Source: Lytechinus pictus
Taxonomy: Eukaryota
NCBI RefSeq assembly: GCF_037042905.1
Contig: NC_087251.1
Location: forward strand, 14,634,001 to 14,698,000
Direction of reading: 5' to 3'
Length of the DNA: 64,000 bases
A program made the translations under genes and the position numbers. Within the stretch, counting starts at the first letter, position 1. The number at the start of each line of letters is the position of its first letter. Under the pieces are notes generated by a model, which worked only from the letters and a program-made list of their open reading frames with translations, was not told the origin of the DNA and did no database searches. This document shows positions 52,763-64,000 of this stretch, one piece after another.

Positions 52763-55700
52763 ATTACGACCATATAGTATATGTTTGCTAGATGTTTTTT
52801 CTCCCATGGTCATATTATTTCTGGAGCAAAATATTCCAACTATATATGAACCTTAAATATTTCTTAAAAGCCCATTTTTACGTATGCCCTATACTAACAA
52901 TAAATATTGAATTCGGACGTCGATGCATCTCTTCAAAGATTTACAAGAAAAGCCCACTTCTCATAAGTACCTTTAACCTAATACCATATATATTTCCAAA
53001 TGCAATTGTCATGAAATCAATGAATAAAAATTGCCCTCTGCCTCCTTGGAGATGATTTGGTAAAAGTGGGTATGGATCGATGACGTCCCTAAAGAAAAGT
53101 GGATATCACATTGACGAATAGGTATCCTGTCAAAGATCATCAGTAATGTATCTTTCGAGATGTCCAGTTTGTAAATGCTATTCTCAGTCTAGTCTAAAAC
53201 GAGACACAATTTCTTGCATTTTCACCTGCTTTACCGAAAGGCAATGTTTCCTTTTTAATAAAGAATAAGCCATAGTAAATGGATTATATGATTAAATGCT
53301 TGTAGGATCTTTACAACAGATTTCCAGAACAGGTGCTTGGAAACTAATAACATATGTTCACTTTAATACTACTTGAAAACTTTACACTATTCACCAATAT
53401 CAGGGATTTGTAGCATTCATTACCACACTCTGTTTCCTGTCATTTCAACTGCAACTTAACTTTTACGATCAGCTTCATATTATCAAAACCACACTGGCTT
53501 GTATATCATTAGAGGATTATCTGCAGGAATATATTGGGAATTGCGCATTTCGAGAAAATTTACATAGGGAAACATCGATTTATATCACAAACTTGGAAGA
53601 AGAAAAAAAACATTCTCATCTTCACTGAGATAAATGAATCTTTGAACATGTTTTGATGTTCTAGAATCATTTTAACGCGAATACGGCGAAATATACACAT
53701 CATGGTCATTTGGCACTAGATTGATGTTTTGAAATCTGAGCCGACTGAGACTATTTCATCTTTATCATATTTCCTTCTTTTCCATGACGATGTTCTCTAG
53801 TCTGGCAGACCTTCAGTCAGTATCTCTTTCCTATCGGGTTCTTTCTTTCAATTTGGCAGACATCCAATATGATTGTGCTCGTCCGTAAATTCGACTGCCG
53901 AAGAGTCGTTGACTCGTCTTTAGCTGAAGAAGAATCTGTCCCAAGTGAATTAATATATCATATGCATATCATCGTAGTGTCGGTGAACAATGTAATACGA
54001 TTTTAGGACGTGCAAGATATATCTTGTCACAGTATTCTCCATGCTCATGTAAGAGAACAGTAAAATCATGTCATAGGGAAGATTACGAGATTTCGTTGAA
54101 ATACTGCTTACAAAATCATATGCTTGTCCACATTCTTTAATATGACTGATGACGGGTCACATCCTACCAAAATACAAGTACAGAAGAACTAACATGTTAT
54201 TATCAATTATTTGATAAAACGTATCAAAAAATTAATTGGTTTGACCACATTTTTATATATTTTTGCTCGGACACATATTCACCAAAGCATTTGGGTCATT
54301 CTGTTCAATCTTTATAATAGTGATAACTTTTTTAATAACAATAGTCCAAGGGGGTAGCTAGATACACATGTGAATTAAAGCTTTGTGGATGGAGAAATCA
54401 TCCCTCTACTTTCCCTCACAATTGCTATGAGTGTAATAGTGTTAAGAAGAGCTTAGAAGGAGTGCGTAAAAATGTGGGTGACGGGGGTCGATGGATAAAA
54501 CAAGGGGTGTGCTTCAAGGGTGCAAACGAAAACAAACTTGGGGACATGATGGATAAAAGCCGGAAAGACAACGGAAAGTAAAAGGGAAAACACTGGAAAT
54601 GAACGGTGACATGAAAAAAAATGCATAGGGGAAAATAGTCAAGGCTTGGTAACGTGGATACCTATATCCCAACATAATTATACTCGCAAGTATAAAAATA
54701 AAACCCTTCTAACCCCAAGACAAAAATGTTTTCTTATTTGTACAATATTTCAATCGACATGTAATATCATCTATATATTTCGGAGCCCATATTCATTACT
54801 TTTGATTGTAACTCTAGATGTAAGTAATACGAGGCAAAGCAAAAATTTGTTTAATCAAATTTAATAATTTGCAGAAGGAAGGTAGCATATTACATGGACC
54901 ATCGGCCATCATGATCCTCAAAATTTCCCTCTGGCTGAAACCGTCTAGTCCAGCTTCTTTACTCACCAACCAGGATAAATGGTGAACGTTGTGACATGTT
55001 TGTTTCACATATTATCTTGAAACAAACTTGTTGTTTTGTATTCCAAGGCATTAACCCTAAATTATGATACTATATCGATATCATAATTTAGGGTTTATGC
55101 CCTTGCCGTAAAAAAGTAACGCTTCAGTATCAATCACTAAACAAACTTTTGTTTAAATCTAACTAAAAACAAATAAAATTCAATCTCTTTTTTAAAGAGT
55201 TTTGTTTGATTAAGTTTCATCGGTAAAATATAATGGAGAGTTTGTGTCGTTGCCAAGGTTATAGCGCCGGTATGAATAAAGAATCTCACATTGTAACTTT
55301 GTACAGTCTTGTAATGTTCAGTAAAGAGATTTTACCTCAAAATAAATTATGTCACCTTTACCGCGATCATTGATATCTGGTACCGGAAAGAGTGTGTGAC
55401 GAGAGAAAGAAAAATCGAAATGCAGAAAAAAGGGGAAACATAATAATAGAGGGAACATGAAAGCAATACAAAAAGGTTTGTTCTATAAATCGTCACATTC
55501 ATTTTCATCATCAAAATTATCAATATACTGCTCCATTTTAAAAGCAGCCATTACAACTTTAACAAGATATTGTTTTAGATTTTTATCAAGATTGTATGAT
55601 TCATTAAAACCTCATGGTCAAAAAGTTAATATGAATAAGATGAATAAAGAAGCAGTCGTTGAGTGTCTTTATGAGTAAAATCATATGAAATTAAATTCAA

Positions 55701-57059
55701 AGTTCTCTCGAGTTTGTTTCTATGTGGTCTCAAAATTGCAAATATGGGGCTTACTTACAAAGAAAGAATAAAAGAAATGTTTATGTTTTGGATTCCATCT
55801 TCTTAAACCTCAAACAATCTAATGATCTGATAATAGACTTGAAAGCGATGACACTGACTTAAAACAGAAAGAAGCCCCAAGTTTATCCAACTCAAACGGT
55901 TAATGGAGGGCTGAAGAGGCAGATCTAATTTAGTCTAAAAGCAGTGATTGAGAAAATGAAGTAAATGAGATTGATCACTGGGAATGTTTATTACGAGGGA
56001 CGGTGCGGAAATTGTGAATCCCAAATGTGATGCTTAGGGGTTTATTAACAACCTAATAAAGGTGTCGAAGATTGACATGCTTTTTAAAGGCAAAGTATTG
56101 GATGTTGTAAAATCATTTGTTTCCATACTTAAATTCTTGTCGGAATGTGGCACAAATCGAAAAAAAATATACCCTGTTTTAAATGAAAGTCAGAGTATGA
56201 AAATTAAGAACAAGTATAAAACTTTAATTATTATGACATATTTCGAGTTATGACAGGTATGAGGGATGATAAATTTGACATAATTAGGTGATCTAAATAA
56301 CAAATTGCCCTTGTAACAAACTTGGGGAAAACATTCCACTGGAAACTGAAGACCAGCATGGAATGAGAGCATCTTGTTAAGATAATTAGGGAAACTGATC
56401 AAATTTGACATGATATGGTTTATTACGAGCTATCAGGAATAACAAATTTGTCCAAACTGGGTGTTCTAAATAACGAACAAATACAAATAGATCAAATACT
56501 TGAACTATGTCGCTATATGTATACGGTTTACACTGTCTGTTGAAAATACAATTTTAAATGAAACATTAAAAAAATGTTTCTAAATAGTACATTTCACTTC
56601 CAGTATCAAACAGATATGTTGTTCAAACCCCCTTTTTTGGCTAAAAATTGCTCACACGTTATAAGTTTTCACAATGTAATAGCAGGTATCGGTTAGTGAG
56701 CTACGATGAGATAAGGTTTTAACATCATTATCCGATCTCTCAAAATCGATAGAAGGCGGGGCGATTATATCACATTACCTTTCCTGCAGTTTTCTAGCAA
56801 TTTAAAACACAGAATCGGATTAACGATTCCTCGATCTACACGTTTTACATGTCAAGATCCAATTTAAAAAAAACATGATTGCTTTTCATTCATTCTTAAG
56901 ATAATGGATACTTCAAATGATGATTGGCTACTCTATCGTCTTAAACAGTGAACAATGCTTTCTTTCATTCCCTAATTATGTTTTGATATTATGTTCACGT
57001 GATACAAAACGGTGATTTTATCCATGTAGTTTTGCCGATGAAGGACTTTAATTTGAAAG

Positions 57060-57250
57060 AGATTTTCTCGTCCCTATTTGAGCGCTCTTTAAAGTACTTC
57101 AGATTAAGCCTTATAACATCCTTACGTTGTCCATTAACTTTGATAAGTGTAGGTACTGGACTAGCAGAAGATGAGAATTTATGATCTAAGATAGCATGGA
57201 CCCACTCCCAGGGAATGCAATTATTAAAAAGTGTTTTCTACTATCATAAT
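57060..57250 (-). pseudogene. Possible decayed LINE reverse-transcriptase fragment
   Basis: Minus-strand translation ...CIPWEWVHAIL...LIKVNGQ resembles the RT segment D.V.W.F...L...VKVNG. Confidence 0.3.
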
Positions 57251-59337
57251 TATGTTCTGTTGATCATATACATAATTATCAGTGAATTGTCACTATTCAG
57301 TTCAATGAAGTATACTGTTCTATGAAACTTATCCTTCGCTATAACATTATGTAGGCGCAAGTGCTTCGATTTGATATTTTAAATTCAAACTTCATAATTT
57401 TTATTTTTAAGCACGATTTTGTAATTATGAACAGGGTGCGTGAGTCAGACAAAATAATGAAAGCCCGATGTGCGAGCAAAATTTTCTTTCATATTGACAT
57501 GAAAACGGCATATTTGAAGCGCCATTTTATCGTCGTGAATGGAATATGTATCTCATTACAAAACGATCATTGCTAGCAGGAAAATGGACCGAGAAATTGA
57601 TATAGCCCAATAATGACCTCAAAGTTTATCCTTTTCCTCATTATTCCACTTTCCTTAACTTAGACACCTTTTCTTCCGCCTATGCAATCAGCTCCCAACG
57701 ATCTGCCTATAAACATCACCCCACCATTTTTCTCCTCTGTTCTCAATTTCTTGACTTTTTTATTTTATCACTCTTTTAATTTATTTGCTTATCACTTACC
57801 ACCTTTGTTTGCTCTTTTATTCTTTTTTTTTAGATCTAAAAAGGTCCTGATTCTCGAGTATAAATTGAATTTACCAAAGCTTTAGCCAGCCGGGTTGTAA
57901 GAAAATATTCGTGTTCATGAATAGGGTAATAATGATTATAACGTGTAAAAGTAAAAAGAAAAAAGTATAAAGATCACCATCACCTTCATCATCATTACTC
58001 AACATTTTTTAAAGATCATTCGAAAAAAATGTTTTCTCGCTTCCAAAGGAGCTTGTCTAAGACGATACATAATGCATTCATATTTTGAATTCCCTGTACT
58101 AGGATAATTATCTTATGTTTGTCAAAATTTTCCCAGAAATTATCCTTGTTTTTTTCATTTAAAAATTTAACTATAGCTCGTAAGTAATGTAAAGTAATTT
58201 AAACAAAATGCAATTTCTCTTAAAATGCAACAATGATAAAGGACGCCATTATAAAATTTGAATTAAATGTTTGACAAAAACTTCAGAGAGAAATTAGCTC
58301 TCAACGTTGAAATTGTAATGCTTTTTCAATTTACTCATTATTTCTAATTCGTATAACGTCAGAATATAAGTGCCATTAACATTGTTCCAGGAATACATAC
58401 CGATCGTCTAAAAATGAATTTATTTTAAGAATCTTCATTTCATTCAGTAATTATCCATTTATTTTTTGTTAGACTTCTCCGAAAAAAAGTTGTCCCGTGC
58501 TTATTAGATCTATTTTACATTAAACAATCATAGGTTAATCACCACTTTTGGCATTTTATTTCACACACTCCCCGGATTATCATTACCTCTAGAATGTCAA
58601 GCACTCTCTTGCTTGAGTAATTTTAAGTGGAAGTATTTTATAATAGAAAAAACAAGGATGATACGACGCTCGTCTTGTCTAGATGCAATTACCTCTTTTT
58701 TTCAAGTATTTTCATTATTTTAGGCTTTAATTCTCTTTACTGAAGGGTCAGTTGTTCATTTTTTAAATGAATTTAGTTACAAAAGTTATTGACTTTAAAT
58801 CCATTAGAAAGGCTGTTGTATATGAATCATTTTTATTTTATAATTCTGATTAAAACCATCATTATCGTCAATATTATCATCATCGTATTTGCTATCATTA
58901 TGAGCATTACCATCGGTATCAATGATCATTAGTGATCATAAGTGATCAACTATTATCAATATAATCATTATTTTCATTAATTTTTCCCTTTTTCTATTCA
59001 CTATTTAAGTTTTATTATCATTTTTACATTTTTTATTACCATTTCGACAGCACTGATATAATCATGACTACGATTGTTGGTGTTATCTATTCATTGTTCT
59101 TTCTCAATGACTTCTTTATAACTTTAAAAAATGTCCAACAGTCCATCTCAGCTCTATACAATTAGATTGAAAATCAAGAGACAAATGATAAACAAATCGA
59201 GTGAGAGAATTAGGTAATATGTGTGAATACATAATGAGTCATATTCATCGTTAACACTTATGTAACGAGTTCGTATAACGAGAGATATCAATCGTGAAAA
59301 AAATGAAGATACTTGAAATTTCTTTAATGAATAATAA

Positions 59338-59412
59338 GTAGTAGAAGAAGAAGAAGTAGAATAAGAAGGAGAAGAAGAAGAAGAGGAGGAGGAAGAAGAT
59401 GAAGAAGAGGAA
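59338..59412. repeat. (GAA/GAG)n low-complexity tract
   Basis: Direct reading. Confidence 0.85.
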
Positions 59413-60944
59413 TAAAAAGGAAGACAGCAGGAGGGAGGGGAGAAAAGCATGAAGATGAAGAAAATTATTAAGAAGAATGAGCTGTAAACAAATCGATGAG
59501 AGGAAAACGGTTTGAGTTTTAACTTCCATTCTATCAGTTTTATCACTTTGAGAGCGTCATCATCATGAACAACATTCAAACGCCAACTCTGTGGTTATTT
59601 TCATTAATATACCACTAATCTGATTTATATGGTAGAGAATAGATACAGCAGGTGTATTGTATTTTTACTTAAGATTTTCCCTTGTAAAATCTAAATTCAT
59701 TCTCGTATAGAAATAAAATATTTGCAAAGCCTAAAGCTTTTTTTTTAGGCTCTCGAAACAAAAGAGGAAGATCTTGGAGATATATTTATTTCCTTTAACA
59801 TTCAACACAAAGTGTAAAAAAGAAACGCATATACTAAAGGGATACCAGTAATAAATGATATGTCATATACACTGAATCTCAAAGTTATTTTCTATCGATA
59901 AAAGTGTGATCATGTTTGTAAATACCATTACATTTTGTAGATTATATCAATGAAAGTGTCTTTGAATTTAATATCCATGCAATCGAATTACGATACAGAT
60001 ATCACACTTTAAAGAAGACATTTCATACTCTTTGTATTTGAACGATATTAGTATATTAACTGCGTTTGTTTATTTCATATTTGAACTTCGATTAAAACTC
60101 TCCTGTTCTGACATCTGAAATAGTTTAAAACTTATATTCGTGATAAAGTACATGTACATGCATGAAAAAAAAAATGATTTTTCAATATTATAGAAAGCTT
60201 CATTAGAATTTCCCTCTCCTTTTTCCGCAGTGTAAGATGACGTTCTATCACATTGTCACTGGAATTTAAAACAAGGTTATAGGCACGAACAGACCTATGG
60301 AACATACTCTAAAGGCACACACGCGCTCGCGCGCACACCTTCACGCACACACGCTTTCACATAAATCCATACACACACATAAGCGTATTTTACAAGTTAA
60401 TATATTAAGTCTATTCGTAAAAATCCAAAGAAAATAAGGAACAAAAGATGTGAATCAATTTCGCTTTATTCACACAACCACTCACACGCACAAACGCACT
60501 CGTGCTTGATTATCTTTTACTTGTGTTTTGAACGCATCCGTTTCTCCAACTTGAACCACATATCACAGAGACAAACGTATATTACAGCATTAACAGTTTA
60601 TATTCTTTTTTACTTTTTTCCTGTTTTTTCGTTTGTAATTTTCGTTTTGGTTTATTCTCAATACCTCTCTTCTTTATGATATCTGTTTCTCTCTTCCGTC
60701 TCTCCCATTTTTTTTTTCTCTCTCTCTCAACTTGTGTGTGTGTGTCGTGTCGCACCTCTTTCAAACGGAATAAGAGTCGTATTTTATTCGAATTGTTATT
60801 CCTATGGAGTTCAACTACGCTATTTTCTAGCGTTGTTTGCCTGTTTCCCACTCAGGTTATCCGTCTTTAAAAGTTGATGTCGGGTTAAGAGTAATGAGAA
60901 CAAATCCCAATTATGTTACACGTGTTAGCATCCAATGGATTTAA

Positions 60945-61810
60945 AGATCCAGACCGGACCCGAAAATGAAATTGATAAATTATATACCAATCGAAAGCTT
61001 ATAAGCTACTAAATACAGCAAGGTATGCTTTATGCATTTTCACCGCTTCCCAGCTGAGTATTTTGCTTGTGAATATTCCAATTATCGGGCTTCGAACCCC
61101 GCTTAGAAAATAGGCTTTATTGTGCTTTCCACCTGCCTCGAGACCGTGACGTCACGTTGTGTAAGAAGCGTCGTGATTCCATAGGTTTGTACACAGAAAA
61201 ACTGGGTGATTTTTTGCTTTCCAGATAACGCATTCTATTCTCTTCACTTCTATCACAGAGGGATATCACATATATTTTTACCCACAAGCTTGAATTTATG
61301 AAATCTACAGTTTTGAACTAGTTTTTGCCATATTTTATTTCCTGCTTATTTGGCGCAGATTTCAATTCTATCTGCATTTAGATTATGTATTACAACTTTT
61401 CCTGACATAGCAATTTAGGCCCAATAAGAGCCAAACAAAGAAATCACAAAAAAGGTAGTGAATAGTTGTAGGTTTACAACAATTTGAACAGTGAATAATT
61501 TTGAGTGCCATTTTCATCTGAAAACGAAAAAAAAATATGGATTCATAACATGGAAATGGAAGAAAATACCCAATGCTTTTGTACACAAACCTATGGAATC
61601 ACAACCCTCCTGACACAACGTGACGTCATCATTTCCAGGCGACGCGGGGGTGCTCAATCGAAGCGTACTTTGGAGGAGCAGTTTCTTTGATTTTTATTTA
61701 ATATTTGTCAGAAATGGAAGGAGATATATGTAATATTTTTGGTATATTTGTATTGTATGAATCATTACCTTTATTTTGATATATGACTGTTTTTACACCG
61801 GTCAGGGTCT
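60945..61810. mobile_element. TTAA-flanked (Kolobok-like) MITE, 866 bp
   Basis: TTAA TSD; TIR AGATCCAGACCGG / CCGGTCAGGGTCT; internal ~50-bp inverted repeat (61146-61200 vs 61577-61628). Confidence 0.8.
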
Positions 61811-62099
61811 TTAATGAATCGGAACCTCTGAGTCTGATGGAAAATGCGATAGGAACTTAAACTATAGTATCGAGTTTCTTGACTAGACAGATAGCAAAAG
61901 TGTCAAGCTGTAAACACGCTCCCCCACCCTTATCTAGTCAGTCACCCTCGCCGCCCCTCACCCTCACCCCCGCCTCCTCCCTCTCTCTCTCTCTCTCTCC
62001 CACTCTTACTTTCTATTTCTCTCTTCTTCTCCTTTCTTTTTTCTATTTCCCTCTCTCACTTTCTATCCCCCACTCTCTCAACTCATCGTTGGGGGAAAG

Positions 62100-62345
62100 A
62101 GATTGACCTATTTCGTGCTGACATGTCCTCTACAGGGTGTTTGTCTGTTAATAAAATATGAATGTTCATGTCTCCTTTGACAATATCGATGTGGATATCA
62201 CAGGAAGGAGGAGCTTGATAACAAACTGCTAATTTATATCCATCAATCATTATCTCATCCACTTCGTCATAGAGATATGTAACAATTGTAAGCTCCATTT
62301 TTTATTGTGTCATGTGCTCTTAATTTTGGACCATGTCTCTTTCAA
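62100..62345 (-). pseudogene. Decayed LINE (CR1/L2-like) APE endonuclease fragment
   Basis: ETW..., IDGYKL, AVCYQAPP, IVKGDMNIHILL resemble the ETW / IxGY / YRPP / GDFNI motifs in the expected order, with deletions. Confidence 0.5.
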
Positions 62346-63414
62346 CTTTGTGAGTCCAGCATGTCCGCAATTCAATTAATTCTTATTTTATTAATCCTCT
62401 TAATCTAAATCCATTGTCTGATGGGCATGCAATTAAAAGACATCTATATGAAACTTTCAACATCGGTTGGCGGCATGACTCATTGATTGAACGCATATTG
62501 CATAAACACCACTAAGCATTGTGGTTGGACTAGTTGGAATTCATAATTTTGAAGATACAAAGTAGCTGTGAAGGGGGACTGTGCAAAACTTCTTATTTTT
62601 TTATCAAGAATGTGTTAGCTCTTTAACAACCGATCATAAAGTGTGTCCTTACCATGACGTCATTAATAAAAGTGCAAGGAGTGAGATCGTGATGTCATCC
62701 CTAGGATGAGGGCAAAGCTTCATTTCCTCGGAGGATCTCTGAAGTGGAACTACCCCCACCTCCTCTTCCACACACATACATGCACTCACACACCCTTTTC
62801 CCATTCTCCATCAACATCTGTTAAACTTGTTCCTTCGTTTAAATGTGTTAGATTTGGTTCGTTCAAGATCTATACCGTGTTTACCCATATCACGCATATG
62901 CCTGAAAAGTTCCACAAATATCTGATACTGTTATTCTGGTTGCATACAGAATGGGATGACATCATTTATGTCAGAATCATTACTTATTCATCATGCAATT
63001 ATTATATTGGCAGAGATATCAAAATGAACTCCTATGACTCCGGCCTGTCACAAAACTGCAGACTATATTACAGCTGGTAATCCACCCGGACCATACCGCC
63101 CCCATGTTTTGAAAGTAATTTTCATTAAAAATGCAAATGCTCGTTGTGTAGAGGTGAGATACAGCTGAATGAATGACACAAGAAAATATATTTCTTATCC
63201 ATTCATATTTTGGATGATCACTTTTAAAATTCCAGAGTACTTATTGATAATGACAATGAAAGTGATATTGAAAAAAAAACGTAATCGATTAAGTTACACT
63301 GATCTAACAACATACCCTACATAAAATATTGTTATCATTATCTGCCTCCAATCTAAATAGTGAGTATTTCATGGTTAGAGCTGGATAACATACATTCCCG
63401 TAGTTATCAGTCTG

Positions 63415-63452
63415 TGGTATGACTTGCGCGAGGATCGAACCCACGACCTTCC
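63415..63452 (-). mobile_element. tRNA-derived SINE head fragment
   Basis: Minus strand GGAAGGTCGTGGGTTCGATCCTCGCGCAAGTCATACCA contains a B-box (GGTTCGATCC); no cloverleaf. Confidence 0.55.
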
Positions 63453-64000
63453 TGATAATCAATACATGCATATTAAGATCTATCTTTCCCTTTATCTCTC
63501 TATCTTGTTATCAACAATGTAGTTACAATTAGCATTTAAGAAAAGTCATATTTCAACTACCGAAAAAGCGAAGGGCTCTTTTCTCGACGGGATAGGTGAA
63601 CCATATTCTAAGAATAGCACTTCACCCCGTAAAATGCATTCACCTAGGTTATATCGGGGTTTTTTTCCAACAACTCTCTTGGGACTCCATGGGGAAACTT
63701 TAAGAATGGGGCAATGGGGTACAAGTTTTAGTCAAATATCTGTTCATCGGTCGAAATCAAGGGCTAGAATTGCATCAAGTGATCTTCATCTTGGTAACCT
63801 TCATTTGTTTCCTCTTGTAGAAACCAAGGCATCCTTTTTGATTCATCGATGTCGATCTCTTTTTCAATGGCCTTGCTCTATTTCAGAAGATATCTTCCTA
63901 GTAAATAGAATGAACTTAATCGTAATTGAATGTACCCATCTCTTTCTCCAGTATTGTAAAAATCAGTGTTTTAAAAACATTTCTACAATTCACTTACATC

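Noticed and set aside
53780..55010. Exons of an additional gene
   Set aside because: Short frames with stops, no consistent splice chain or recognisable motif.
63415..63452. tRNA gene
   Set aside because: Only a B-box/T-arm-like segment is present; no cloverleaf.
63650..63900. RT-like fragment on the minus strand (DAILALDF, HGVP)
   Set aside because: Too degenerate to call without a profile search.

Overview
AT-rich, intron-containing animal genomic DNA, most likely an echinoid (sea-urchin-like; inferred from the repeat landscape and proteins, not proven). Only two protein-coding genes are supportable. They are a convergent (tail-to-tail) pair of secreted cystine-knot glycoprotein-hormone subunits, i.e. 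a thyrostimulin-type locus. A GPB5-like gene lies on + (coding exons 22057-22257 and 25301-25507, 135 aa). A GPA2-like gene lies on - (coding exons 47322-47211, 39063-38885 and 37125-37027, 129 aa); two of its exons are missing from the ORF track. The GPB5-like protein has only 8 mature Cys: the last disulfide pair is gone and is replaced by an RKVR motif plus a Tyr-rich tail. The GPA2-like protein has no N-glycosylation sequon. The rest is non-coding: a nearly identical 2.6-kb tandem duplication upstream of GPB5 with a MITE in only one copy, many MITEs with readable TIRs/TSDs (PIF/Harbinger-, hAT-, Tc1/mariner- and Kolobok-like), hairpin-ended elements, three hammerhead-ribozyme-like cores, decayed retroelement fragments and microsatellites.
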